A stretch of DNA of 37,082 nt from Planctomycetota bacterium (GCA_036479435.1 JAZGFI010000164.1:1-37082); one strand, 5' to 3'; numbered from the stretch's first letter, positions 8,047 to 17,349 are shown. A program made the numbers and translations. Notes: a model not told the origin generated them from the sequence alone.

Positions 8047-8163
8047 GTGTTGGTTCCTTGCGCGGTGCGCCTTCGACGAAAAAGAGGCGTCAAAGACTTT
8101 ATCGAATGCCGGGCTCGAGGCGCCATAGGCCCCATGGGGCTTAATTTTCCCACAAGAAGGGTG

Positions 8164-8203
8164 AAAAAAAAGAGGGCGCGTCGTCGCGAACCCTCTCTTT
8201 TTT
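8164..8203. terminator. Bidirectional intrinsic terminator
   Basis: A-tract, AGAGGGCGCG-TCGT-CGCGAACCCTCT, then T-tract; ~45 bp downstream of the Cys-rich gene stop. Confidence 0.8.
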
Positions 8204-8248
8204 GTTGTCAGCGGCCAAAAAGGCTGCCAGCGTACGCTCAGAAGTGTC

Positions 8249-9271
8249 TTAGAGCTCTTTGAGAGCGACTTTCTTCACGATCTTAGCTTTGGCGCCATCG
8301 CAGCTACCGCAGCAGCTCTTTTTGGCGGTTTTCGCAACCTTGGTGGCCTTGGAGGCATCGCAGCTGCCGCAGCAGCTTTTGCTGCTCTTTTTGGAAACCT
8401 TGGCGGCTTTGGTGGCGCTGTCACAGCTGCCGCAGCAGCTCTTCTTCGCGCCCTTGGTGGCTACTTTAGTGGCTTTGGTGCCATCGCAACTTCCACAGCT
8501 GCTTTTCGCGGCTTTCTTGGAAACTTTGGCGGCCTTGGCGGCACCGTCGCAGCTACCGCAAGAGCTTTTGGCGCCCTTTTTGGCAACCTTAGTGGCCTTG
8601 GTGGCGCTGTCGCAGCTACCGCAGCAGCTCTTGGCACCCTTGGTGGCTTTTTTGGCTTCGGCGGCCTTGAAGTTCGCGACCATCAGGTCGAGCTTGGTTT
8701 GGCTGGTCTTGCAACCCTTGCAGGCGTTCTCGTAGAGACCGACGACTTTGCCGAGGCCGGGGTTGGCCTTTTCAAGCTTGACGAGTTTCGCCGCGCTGGC
8801 TTTGCAGCCCTTCGCGGAGAACTTCTTGGCGGCCATGTAGGCCTTCATGTTGTCGCAGGGTTGGAATTTCGCGACGGTCTTGGCCTTCGCGGTTTGGCAA
8901 CCTTCGCAGTCTTGGCAGGCACCAGCCGTGGCGCAATCGTCGCAGCAAGGAGCGGCCTTCGCGACCTTTTTGCCCTGCTTGACGTTCACAACCTTGACGA
9001 CTTTGGCCTTGGAAGCGTCGCAGCTGCCGCAGCAACTGCCTTCTTGCTTCTTAGTGACCTTGACGACTTTGGCTTTGGAAGCGTCGCAGCCGCCACAGCA
9101 CTCGTCTTGTTTGGCGACCTTGACGGTCTTAGCTGCGGTGCCGCAGCAGGATTTTTCCTGTTTTTTCGCAACTTTGGCTTCGCCACCGCAGCTGCCGCCA
9201 CAGTCCTGCGCTTGCGCGCTCAGGCCGAAGGCGACGACCAGGGCGAATGCCAGGCTCATCACTTTATTCAT
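8249..9271 (-). CDS. Exported Cys/Lys/Ala-rich tandem-repeat protein (metallothionein-like CCGSCD clusters), function unknown
   Basis: GGAG RBS before MNKVMSLAFALVVAFGLSAQA (Sec signal, AQA cleavage site). 340 aa, ~36 Cys by manual count, followed by its own terminator. Confidence 0.85.
   Translation of the reverse strand: MNKVMSLAFALVVAFGLSAQAQDCGGSCGGEAKVAKKQEKSCCGTAAKTVKVAKQDECCGGCDASKAKVVKVTKKQEGSCCGSCDASKAKVVKVVNVKQGKKVAKAAPCCDDCATAGACQDCEGCQTAKAKTVAKFQPCDNMKAYMAAKKFSAKGCKASAAKLVKLEKANPGLGKVVGLYENACKGCKTSQTKLDLMVANFKAAEAKKATKGAKSCCGSCDSATKATKVAKKGAKSSCGSCDGAAKAAKVSKKAAKSSCGSCDGTKATKVATKGAKKSCCGSCDSATKAAKVSKKSSKSCCGSCDASKATKVAKTAKKSCCGSCDGAKAKIVKKVALKEL
8290..8640 (-). repeat. Six coding tandem repeats of ~63 bp (KS[C/S]CGSCDxxxKAxKVxKKxx)
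   Basis: On the + strand, (G/A)TC(G/A)CA(G/A)CT(A/G/T)CC(G/A)CA recurs every 60-63 nt with synonymous variation between copies. Confidence 0.9.
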
Positions 9272-9504
9272 GGGTTGAGATCTCCGTTCCATATGGTTTT
9301 AGGCTGCGCGAACGTCGCTTTCTGGGCGCTTGGCCGGGCGTTGTTCCCAGCTAGCGAGAGAGGATCGACTAGATTCTCTCCGTCCGACGCATTCTTTATA
9401 CGTACCACCCTACAACACTTTTCGGCCCCAATCGATTCGCCGTTGCCCAGAAAAAAAGAGGCAGGTTTCGCCCTTCGTCAGTCGGCCGGGGGAGCTGGCA
9501 TAAG

Positions 9505-9520
9505 TGTTGACGCATCAACA
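9505..9520. promoter_or_regulatory. Palindromic operator candidate TGTTGA-N4-TCAACA
   Basis: Perfect 6-bp inverted repeat in an AT-rich intergenic patch upstream of the Cys-rich gene. Confidence 0.35.
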
Positions 9521-9534
9521 ATTTAATAGGATTT

Positions 9535-10908
9535 CTATCCGACCAGAAAGGCGGGGACCGCCGATCCGCCGCCGGCTGCGACATTAAGGAGCTCATCCTG
9601 GGACAAGCGAACCCCCAATCCCTCCACTTTTAGGCCCCCCAAAACATAGGGAGCGAGGTCAAAGCGGAAGTCTCCTCGTCGCACTTCTCCCGCTTGCTGC
9701 CAGGGACTCGCCAGGGTTTCGAGCGGGATTCGGGCTTGGACGATGAAACGACCCTCGCAGGCCCGATTCCAGGCCGATCGCCATGGTTCCGGCTCGGTAC
9801 GCCAACCCAAAACGACATCGCGCCCCCCGTAGTCAGCGGCGGGTTTCAAGACGAGCTGCTCGGCATTCGCCAGCACGATCGTCTCGAGGTCTTGCAATTC
9901 ACCGCCTCCGTCCGGGGCGGTAGAGCGGGCTCTTTTTTGGGCAATACGGGTCCAGGGGAGGCTGGAAGCCAAAGATTGAAGTTCGGCCGGGGTCAGGTCC
10001 AGCGGTCGGCGCTGAGGATCTGAAAGGTGGGCCAAAAGGCCTTTGTGGGCGAAAAAATAGCCTCCAAAACCGTTGCCGCAAAAGACGCGATCGGCGGCGA
10101 GCGCGTCGAGCAGGGCCTGGGCCATCTTGGGCTCTACGAGCAAGTCGGCGCTTAGTAATCGACGGTAGACCAGATCGACGGGGCGTCCCTTCACTACTAA
10201 GGTCGTACCGTTGAAATGAAGGTCCTCGGGACTAGCAATCTCGACTTCGCATCCCGCCTCACGAAAGGCGGTTTGGAAGAGCCGAAACTCGCCGATGGTC
10301 GGCGCCCCGGCCAGATCCAGGATGAGAACGCGGGGATGTCGGTTCGGAATGACCTTTCGCGCCGCGCACCACTGTCGCCAAGAGTTGAGGTAAGTATTGA
10401 CGACCCGAGGCAACATCTTGCAGCGTGTGAGCCCGAACTCTTTTTGCAACTTTGCGAAGAAGGGAAGGCTCTCAAACAAGTCGCCGAGCGCGTCGCCATA
10501 ACCGAGGCCGCCGGGGCTCTCGCCGTTGTACTCTAGAAAGCGAACGGATCCGTCTTTTTGCAAGATGCCATCGATCCGACCGAAGGTGTCGGGGTGATCG
10601 ACCTGAGCATCTAAGGCGATCAACTCTTCTTCCATCGCCGTGAAGCGGAGATCGGCAAAAGCTGCGGGGTCGGCGCGAAAGTCGCGCCACAAGCGCCCGA
10701 GCGCGGAGCGTAAGAGCTGCGATTCCCGCACCAAGATCTGGTAGGTTTCGCGGGCCAAAAACAGGGGGCGAAGCGCCTGGCAAACCGCTCGGTCCCCGTA
10801 CATCAAACCGCCTTTGCGTTGACCCTTAAGCAGAAAGGCCGCGGCCTTCTCTTTACCGTAGGAGGCTAATTCTTCCTCCCAGCGCCGAATCAGCGCGCTT
10901 TGCGTCAC
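9535..10908 (-). CDS. Circularly permuted ATP-grasp (type 2) amide ligase
   Basis: GRIDG...RFLEYNGESPGGLGY, VDLVYRR, LPWTR, LVLKPAADYGGRDVVLG, FIVQ..I and LLNVAAGGG motifs. Likely GTG start at 10908, 4 bp after the upstream stop. Confidence 0.88.
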   Translation of the reverse strand: MTQSALIRRWEEELASYGKEKAAAFLLKGQRKGGLMYGDRAVCQALRPLFLARETYQILVRESQLLRSALGRLWRDFRADPAAFADLRFTAMEEELIALDAQVDHPDTFGRIDGILQKDGSVRFLEYNGESPGGLGYGDALGDLFESLPFFAKLQKEFGLTRCKMLPRVVNTYLNSWRQWCAARKVIPNRHPRVLILDLAGAPTIGEFRLFQTAFREAGCEVEIASPEDLHFNGTTLVVKGRPVDLVYRRLLSADLLVEPKMAQALLDALAADRVFCGNGFGGYFFAHKGLLAHLSDPQRRPLDLTPAELQSLASSLPWTRIAQKRARSTAPDGGGELQDLETIVLANAEQLVLKPAADYGGRDVVLGWRTEPEPWRSAWNRACEGRFIVQARIPLETLASPWQQAGEVRRGDFRFDLAPYVLGGLKVEGLGVRLSQDELLNVAAGGGSAVPAFLVG

Positions 10909-10912
10909 CGCC

Positions 10913-11842
10913 TCACTTCGCCAAGTAGGAGTTCCAGCGCAGCGGTGACTCCAAGGCTTGCGGATTGTGCGCACGGTCGATCAACAAGTCGGCCAGCTTG
11001 TCGACAGCCCATTCAAACTGATCTTGGAGTAGAGAATTGCGGTCGAGATCCGGTGCTGAATTCATGAAGTCAATGGCGTAGGGAACGCCGTCTTTGACCG
11101 CAAACTCGACGGTGTTCATGTCGTAGCCGAAGGCGTGATTCAGGTCTTGGGCCTGCTTGATGATCTTGTCCATGACTTCGGGGGCGATGTCCGCGCGGGC
11201 CTTGCTGTAGCGTTCGTGGTGGGGGAGCGTCGGGTCCCAGGGAACGGGGTTGATGTGCTCTTTGCCGATGCAGATGCAGCGGACGTACTGATCCCAGTCA
11301 ATGAACTCTTGCAGCATCATGCAGAGGTCCTTGGACTGGTCGTAGGCCTTCATCAACTCGTCCATGTTTTCGACTTTGTCTACGGACTTCCAACCGCCGC
11401 CCCAGTGCGGCTTCAAGATCGCGGGCCAGCCGATCCAATTCGTGAGGCCGTCCCAGTCGAGCGGGTACTTCAGGTTACGAAGGCTTTCGGGCTCGATGCC
11501 TTCCATCGGAGTGTGCTGCGGTAAAGCCACAGTCTTGGGCACCGCGATGCCCAGCTTTTCGACTAGGGCCGTGCCGAAAAACTTGTCATCCGCAAGTTTC
11601 CAAAACGGGTTGTTGATCACCTCGCAGCCGTTCAGGGCTGCGACTTTGAGTGTCGTTTGGTAGTAGTTCACCTCGTGCGAGATCCGATCGAGGATCACCG
11701 CGTAGGGCAAGATCATCGAATGCGGTGTTCCTTCCAGCTCGACCATCTCGGCCACGCAGCCGGCGTCACGAGAGTTGATGGCCTCAATCAAGGCTTCGGG
11801 GAAGCTCGTTTCTTGACCAACGAGGATGCCGATTTTCTTCAT
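10913..11842 (-). CDS. RimK/glutathione-synthetase-like ATP-grasp protein
   Basis: MKKIGILVGQE.SFP, ILDRISHE, INNPFW..ADDKFF, PKT, LKPHWGGGWK, MLQEFI and YDMNTVEFAVKDGVPYAIDFMN motifs; GAGG RBS. Confidence 0.9.
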   Translation of the reverse strand: MKKIGILVGQETSFPEALIEAINSRDAGCVAEMVELEGTPHSMILPYAVILDRISHEVNYYQTTLKVAALNGCEVINNPFWKLADDKFFGTALVEKLGIAVPKTVALPQHTPMEGIEPESLRNLKYPLDWDGLTNWIGWPAILKPHWGGGWKSVDKVENMDELMKAYDQSKDLCMMLQEFIDWDQYVRCICIGKEHINPVPWDPTLPHHERYSKARADIAPEVMDKIIKQAQDLNHAFGYDMNTVEFAVKDGVPYAIDFMNSAPDLDRNSLLQDQFEWAVDKLADLLIDRAHNPQALESPLRWNSYLAK

Positions 11843-12073
11843 GACCGAGGTTCCTAAATTGGGGCTGCGTTGGAAGGAATCGTCGGCGGGGCGGCGACTG
11901 CTGACGTTAACAACCGGACCGCGAGGTGAAACTGCTTTGAAAGCATGGGAGCAAAGCTCTACGATCGCCGTAGATTCGATCCACCCGGCTCGATTTGTGC
12001 GCAGTAATATCTATTAAACCAAAGAAATATATCGGCTTGTGAATGCAAGGCAGGCCGAGGAGGGCTCGCTTCC

Positions 12074-13063
12074 GTGGAGTTTTCGATCCAAGCCATCAAC
12101 GACAAAGTCGCCGCGGAAAGCGCTTTTGTCGCCAGTGTCAAAACCGAATTGGCGAAGGTCATTGTCGGTCAAGAGGCCATGGTCCAAGGTCTTTTGGTGG
12201 GACTATTGACTAATGGGCATGTGCTTTTGGAGGGCGTGCCCGGGCTGGCCAAGACCCTCACCGTCTCGTCTTTGGCCCGCACCCTCGGCGTCGAGTTTCG
12301 CAGGATTCAGTTTACGCCAGATCTTTTGCCCGGCGACATCGTGGGCACCTTGATCTACAACCCCAAAGATGGCGAGTTCAAAGTCCGCAAGGGCCCGGTG
12401 TTCGCGAACATCGTGTTGGCCGATGAGGTCAACCGCGCTCCGGCCAAAGTACAAAGTGCGCTGTTGGAAGCGATGCAGGAACGCCAAGTTACCATCGGCG
12501 ACGAGACCTTTCCCTTGCCGCTGCCCTTTTTGGTTCTGGCGACTCAAAACCCCATCGAACAAGAGGGCACCTACCCATTGCCTGAGGCTCAAGTCGACCG
12601 CTTCATGTTGAAGTTAAAGATCGGCTATCCAGAGAAAAAAGACGAACGTCGAATCCTGGATTTGATGGCGACCACCGAGACCCCGAAAAGTTGCAGCCCC
12701 GTAGTGAGCGGCGAGGATATTCTCCGCGCGCGAAAAGTTGTCAATGAGATCTACATCGACGACAAGATCAAAGACTACATCGTCGAACTTGTCTTCGCGA
12801 CACGTGACCCCGAGGCCGCGGGCTTGGACATCAAACACCTGCTTGAGTACGGCGCTTCGCCGCGCGCGACGATCGCGCTGACACTGGCGTCGAAAGCACA
12901 TGCGTTTTTGGCGGGCCGCGGCTTCGTCACGCCGCAGGACGTCAAAGACATTGCGCCGGATGTGCTGCGCCATCGTTTGATCATCTCCTACGAAGCGGAG
13001 GCCGAAGAGATGACTTCGGATGACCTGATCCAAAAAGTGTTGGATCAAGTAGAGGTTCCTTAA
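12074..13063 (+). CDS. moxR: MoxR-family AAA+ ATPase
   Basis: Walker A GVPGLAKT, RIQFTPDLLP, Walker B LADEVNRAPAKVQSALLEAMQE, ATQNPIEQEGTYPLPEAQVDRF and GASPRA. Confidence 0.97.
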   Translation: MEFSIQAINDKVAAESAFVASVKTELAKVIVGQEAMVQGLLVGLLTNGHVLLEGVPGLAKTLTVSSLARTLGVEFRRIQFTPDLLPGDIVGTLIYNPKDGEFKVRKGPVFANIVLADEVNRAPAKVQSALLEAMQERQVTIGDETFPLPLPFLVLATQNPIEQEGTYPLPEAQVDRFMLKLKIGYPEKKDERRILDLMATTETPKSCSPVVSGEDILRARKVVNEIYIDDKIKDYIVELVFATRDPEAAGLDIKHLLEYGASPRATIALTLASKAHAFLAGRGFVTPQDVKDIAPDVLRHRLIISYEAEAEEMTSDDLIQKVLDQVEVP

Positions 13064-13066
13064 GCC

Positions 13067-13945
13067 GTGATTCCCAAGGAAATCTTGGACAAGGTTCGCC
13101 GGATTCAAATCCTGACGAGCCGCATGGTCACGGACACGATGGCCGGTCACTATCACTCGGTCTTCAAAGGCCGCGGGATGGAGTTCGCTGAAGTGCGCCC
13201 CTACCAAGCCGGCGACGACGTGAGGCATATTGACTGGAATGTCACGGCGCGAACCGGCGAAGCTTTCGTCAAGGAGTTCGTCGAAGAGCGTGAGCTTACG
13301 GTGATGATTCTCTTTGACGCATCACGTTCGCTGGATATCGGGAGCAAGGGCAAGACCAAGCGCGAGATCGCCGCTGAACTCGGAGCGGTGCTGGCTTTCA
13401 CTGCGGTTTCCAACAACGACAAAGTCGGCCTCATCATTTTCAGCGACGAGATCGAGCTCTTTGTCCCGCCCAAAAAGGGAAAAAAGCATGTCCTGCGCGT
13501 GATCCGTGAACTACTCGCGCACGAAGTCCGCGGCCACGGCACCGACATCAAGATGGCACTCGAGTATTTGAGTCGCGTCAACAAGCGTAAGACGGTGGCT
13601 TTTTTGATCTCGGATTTCTTAGACCAAGGTTACGAGCGCGATCTCGCCATCGTCAACCGTCGTCACGATCTTGTGGCGCTCTCGATCGGAGATCCAACCG
13701 AGGAACGTATCGAACGAATCCCCGCGATCTTGGACTTGCTAGATCCAGAAACCGGGCAGCGCGCCGTGGTTGATGGTCGCTCTGGAGCCTTCCTTAACCG
13801 TTACGCCGAAGACAGTCGCCGCGACCGCCGAGACCGCAAGGATCTCTTTCGAAAGCGCGGCATCGACCTCGTAGAGATGCGCTCTGACAAAGATTATGTG
13901 CAACCGCTCATGAACTATTTTCGCGAAAGAGAGAAACGACTGTGA
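13067..13945 (+). CDS. DUF58 family VWA-like protein
   Basis: GRGMEFAEVRPYQAGDDVRHIDWNVTAR, DASRS and LISDF motifs; directly follows moxR. Confidence 0.95.
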   Translation: MIPKEILDKVRRIQILTSRMVTDTMAGHYHSVFKGRGMEFAEVRPYQAGDDVRHIDWNVTARTGEAFVKEFVEERELTVMILFDASRSLDIGSKGKTKREIAAELGAVLAFTAVSNNDKVGLIIFSDEIELFVPPKKGKKHVLRVIRELLAHEVRGHGTDIKMALEYLSRVNKRKTVAFLISDFLDQGYERDLAIVNRRHDLVALSIGDPTEERIERIPAILDLLDPETGQRAVVDGRSGAFLNRYAEDSRRDRRDRKDLFRKRGIDLVEMRSDKDYVQPLMNYFREREKRL

Positions 13946-15213
13946 AGCTACCAGCGCTTGTCTCCGGCGCCATCTTATTGGCTGCGAGTTTGATATTGCT
14001 GGGCACGGCTTGCCAGCCGGAAGACGCCGCCTCGAACATTGGCGCCACCGCCGGCCAAGCGTTTGCACCTTCGGCCTGGAATCTTGAGAAACGCCGCGCC
14101 TGGGCTGCGAATCTTCGGGCCGAGGGCCTCGATGACCGCGCGGCCATCGCCTACGAAGCTTTGTTGTCAGAGTCGGGTCTCAGCGAGAATCTCGTTACTG
14201 GTATCTCGATAACTCTGGCCGAGATGCACCTGGCCAAAGGGCGTCACGACCAGGCCCTCGGCGCGGTTTTGCGCGCGAAGCTCTACGACTTGCCGCCAGC
14301 GCGGCGTCGCCGAGCCGACGAGATTGCTATTCAGTGCTTTGAGAGCCTGGGGCGCAGTGCGGCGGCGGATCGCTTGCTCGACAGGGCGAGCCGCCTGGGC
14401 CGAGATTCGAACCCGGCGAGCTCTGAGAGTGGGGTGGTTTTGGCGGAGATTGGCGACGAGGTGATTACCCTTTCGGATCTTGAGGGCTTAATCGCCATGA
14501 TGCCGCCTTCGAACGCGAAGCAGCTCGAAGCCCCGGGGGCTAAGTTTGAACTTCTAAAGAGCTTGGTCGCCCAGAAAGTCATGGTCCGAAAGGCCAGAAA
14601 ACTCGGCTACGACCAAGACGACAAAGTACAGCTTGCCCTCGACATGGCGCGGCGCGAAGTCTTGGTGAAAAAAGTCGTGGCGGAAGAGGTTCGGCAACGC
14701 GTCCAAATGAAACCAGAGGAAGTAGAGCTCTACTATCGCGCTCACCCTGAGGTTTTTCGGACCCCTTCTCGCGCTGAAGTCGACCACATCTTTGTGGCGA
14801 CAAAGGAGGACGCAGACGCCGCACGCGCTAGGCTCAAAGCCGGCGAGGACTTCTCGGCGCTCGCGAAAGAACTGAGCCAAGATCCTGGGACGGCTGCGAA
14901 AGGCGGGCGCATCGAAACCGCCCTCGTCGAAGGGCAAGCGCATGAGGTATTCGTTCGCCCTGAAGATGTCTTTGCGCAGTGCAGGGATCTTGAGCCTGGC
15001 GCGGTCGCGGCGAGCGATGTGGTCAGTGCCAAGGGCCGGCATCTCATTCGCCTGCGGTCTTTTAACGCCGGCAAAGCGGTTCCTTTTGAACAGTGCAAAG
15101 AAGATGTCGAACGAATCCTCCGCTCCGAGCGCGAGCAGCGGGCGATGCAGCGCCTCCTTGTGGAGTCTTTGACCGGCGCCGATATCAAAATCCACGAGGA
15201 CCGGCTGCCGTGA
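13942..15213 (+). CDS. PpiC/parvulin-type (SurA/PrsA-like) foldase lipoprotein with an N-terminal TPR-like region
   Basis: Lipobox LGTAC; SurA-N-like VLAEIGDEVIT...ARKLGYD; rotamase motifs HIFV...LKAGEDFSALAKELSQDPGTAAKGG and G.HLIRL. GTGA overlaps on both sides. Confidence 0.85.
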   Translation: MKLPALVSGAILLAASLILLGTACQPEDAASNIGATAGQAFAPSAWNLEKRRAWAANLRAEGLDDRAAIAYEALLSESGLSENLVTGISITLAEMHLAKGRHDQALGAVLRAKLYDLPPARRRRADEIAIQCFESLGRSAAADRLLDRASRLGRDSNPASSESGVVLAEIGDEVITLSDLEGLIAMMPPSNAKQLEAPGAKFELLKSLVAQKVMVRKARKLGYDQDDKVQLALDMARREVLVKKVVAEEVRQRVQMKPEEVELYYRAHPEVFRTPSRAEVDHIFVATKEDADAARARLKAGEDFSALAKELSQDPGTAAKGGRIETALVEGQAHEVFVRPEDVFAQCRDLEPGAVAASDVVSAKGRHLIRLRSFNAGKAVPFEQCKEDVERILRSEREQRAMQRLLVESLTGADIKIHEDRLP

Positions 15214-16277
15214 TTTCAGTCTGGCAATCGCGTTTGCTGGTCATCGGCTTGCCGCTGATGCTCGGAGCCTTGTTTCTGGGCGCCTGTTCCGAGGAAGGTC
15301 AGCGCCCCGAATCCAAGCGCGAATCGACAAAATCATCTGGACGCGGCGGCGAGGTCGCGTCGGGGCAGCCGGTCGTGGTATTGGCCAAGGTCGACAAGGC
15401 TCGGGTCGAGGTCGGAGAAAAAGTCATCTACCGCGTCGAGGTGCGTTTTTCGCCCGATGTGAAAGTTGAATTTCCGTCCGTACTCCATCAGTTTGCGAAT
15501 TGGTTGGTGCACGACGTCGGTTCTTGGCGCAGCGAAGCCGATTTCGGCACCAAGAAAGTCAAGGCCATCGAAGTGGTTCTCGATCCAGGCATCGGCCCCG
15601 TCCTTTCGATTCCGCCGACGAATATTCGCTGGCGCTACCCGGACGACGATGCCTGGGAAGTGTTGGCGACCGAAGCGATCACGGTTGAGATTGCAGCGAC
15701 AAGCAGCGAGGAATTGGACTTTCGCGAACCTATCGTCGGATTCAGTCTCCCTCAGCCAGCGCCAAGCGATCGAGAGAAGCCCCAGGGTTTGATTGCGATC
15801 TTGGCGCTGGGCATCGCGGGGCTCTTGGGTCTGTTGTGCTTCGTCATCTTTCGAAACAAAAAGAAGAAGGTCATCGTCTTGCCACCCCCGCATTTCGTGG
15901 CGACCCAAGAGCTGGACGCCTTGGAGGGGGCAGGTCTCGCACGAGCGGGGAAAGTGAAAGAGTACTACTACCGGCTCACTGGTATTCTTCGGCGCTACAT
16001 CGAAGCTCAATTTGGTGTCGCCGCCACCGACCAGACCACGGAGGAGTTTCTGGATGCAATGCGTCGCGGCGACGAACTCCCCGAGGGTCAGAAATCCGTC
16101 TTGCAGGAGTTCTTGACCCAGGCCGACATGGTCAAGTATGCGAAGCATCAACCCGAAGCCGCGGAATCAGATGCAGCCCTGACCGTGGCTCGACGCTTTG
16201 TCGAACTCACGCGCAGCTCTGCCGACGGATTAGACCCCTCAAACTCAGCTAGTAAGGCAACGGCCCATGCGCTTTGA
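15210..16277 (+). CDS. Bat-operon accessory membrane lipoprotein (BatD-like Ig domain, TM helix, DUF4381-like tail)
   Basis: GTG start overlaps the upstream TGA; lipobox LGAC; TM helix; C-terminal KEYYYRLTGILRRYIE...TTEEFL...ADMVKYAK. Confidence 0.82.
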   Translation: MISVWQSRLLVIGLPLMLGALFLGACSEEGQRPESKRESTKSSGRGGEVASGQPVVVLAKVDKARVEVGEKVIYRVEVRFSPDVKVEFPSVLHQFANWLVHDVGSWRSEADFGTKKVKAIEVVLDPGIGPVLSIPPTNIRWRYPDDDAWEVLATEAITVEIAATSSEELDFREPIVGFSLPQPAPSDREKPQGLIAILALGIAGLLGLLCFVIFRNKKKKVIVLPPPHFVATQELDALEGAGLARAGKVKEYYYRLTGILRRYIEAQFGVAATDQTTEEFLDAMRRGDELPEGQKSVLQEFLTQADMVKYAKHQPEAAESDAALTVARRFVELTRSSADGLDPSNSASKATAHAL

Positions 16278-17349
16278 ACATCCCCTTTGGTTGTTGGCAA
16301 GCGCCTTGGTCGCGGCGGGCCTCGGGGTGGTGGCGATCTTTCGTCAGACGGGCCGCTGGCCGCAGCCGGCCATCTTGTTCGCCAACATCCGCGCTGTTCT
16401 CGGCCGGCCGAATAGTTGGCGATTGATCTGTTCTGAATGGCAGTGGATCTTGCGCGTCCTGGCCTTGCTCTTGGTCATCATGGCCTTGGCGCGGCCGCAG
16501 AAGGGGCGGAGCGACTCGGTCGTGACGAGCGAGGGCATCGACATCATGATGCTCGTAGACACTTCCAGTTCGATGGCCGGAGAAGACTTCGGTGGTGACA
16601 TGACGCGGCTCGATCACGTGACAGAGGTGATGCGTGAATTTGCTGAGGCGCGTCCCGCCGATCGCATCGGGCTCGTTAGTTTCGGAATGTCGGCCTACAC
16701 GCGCTGCCCACTCACATTAGACCATGCGCTTTTGGACGGATTCTTCGAGTTCGTGCAGACCTCTTGGCACCGAGCCTACGAATCGCTGCGCAAAAAGCAG
16801 GCGCGCCAGGGCCGGGCCGACGAATCCAATCTTACCCCCGATGAGATGGACCTGATGGGGACGGCCATTGGCGACGCCCTCGTAACGGCCGTGGGGCGGC
16901 TTGAGAAATCTGATTCGAAAAGCAAGGTTATCGTTCTGCTGACCGATGGCGAGAACACCGCCGGTGAAACCAAGCCCCTGGACGGTGCGGCCATCGCCAA
17001 GGAGTTCGGGATCAAGGTCTACACCGTGGGGGCGGGCTCGGACGGCGCGGCCCCGGTCACGGTCTACGACCGACTCGGTCGCCGTCGCAAACAATACATG
17101 CGCGCCAATCTCGATGAAGTCACCTTGCAAGCCATCGCCGACGAGACGGGCGGGATTTTCTTTCACGCCAATACACGCGACCGCCTGGAAGAAGTCTACG
17201 ACGAGATCAATCGCCTTGAGCGCGGCGAGATCAAGACAAAGGACTATCGCGAATGGGATGAGCTGTTTGCGCCCTTCGCCTTAGCTGCGCTGGTGCTCAT
17301 CGTGCTAGACCGTCTACTCGCGGCAACCTGGTTGAGGAGGTTGCCATGA
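16267..17349 (+). CDS. batA: BatA-like VWA domain membrane protein
   Basis: MRFEHP.WL N-terminus, ALARPQ, MIDAS DTSSS, GTAIGDAL, LLTDGENT, IKVYTVG and a C-terminal TM helix. Confidence 0.9.
   Translation: MRFEHPLWLLASALVAAGLGVVAIFRQTGRWPQPAILFANIRAVLGRPNSWRLICSEWQWILRVLALLLVIMALARPQKGRSDSVVTSEGIDIMMLVDTSSSMAGEDFGGDMTRLDHVTEVMREFAEARPADRIGLVSFGMSAYTRCPLTLDHALLDGFFEFVQTSWHRAYESLRKKQARQGRADESNLTPDEMDLMGTAIGDALVTAVGRLEKSDSKSKVIVLLTDGENTAGETKPLDGAAIAKEFGIKVYTVGAGSDGAAPVTVYDRLGRRRKQYMRANLDEVTLQAIADETGGIFFHANTRDRLEEVYDEINRLERGEIKTKDYREWDELFAPFALAALVLIVLDRLLAATWLRRLP

Noticed and set aside
8290..8640. Regularly spaced ~63-bp repeats as a CRISPR array
   Set aside because: The repeats vary at third codon positions, the 'spacers' resemble each other, they lie in frame within an ORF with a signal peptide, and no cas genes are present.
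8259..9526. Plus-strand ORFs with SQLPQQL repeats (8259-8735, 8847-9278, 8699-9526)
   Set aside because: They are antisense shadows of the Cys/Lys repeat gene, which has the RBS, signal peptide and terminator.
15093..15209. ORF start at 15093
   Set aside because: It overlaps the foldase gene by 120 bp; the GTG at 15210 gives a coupled start and a proper lipoprotein signal.
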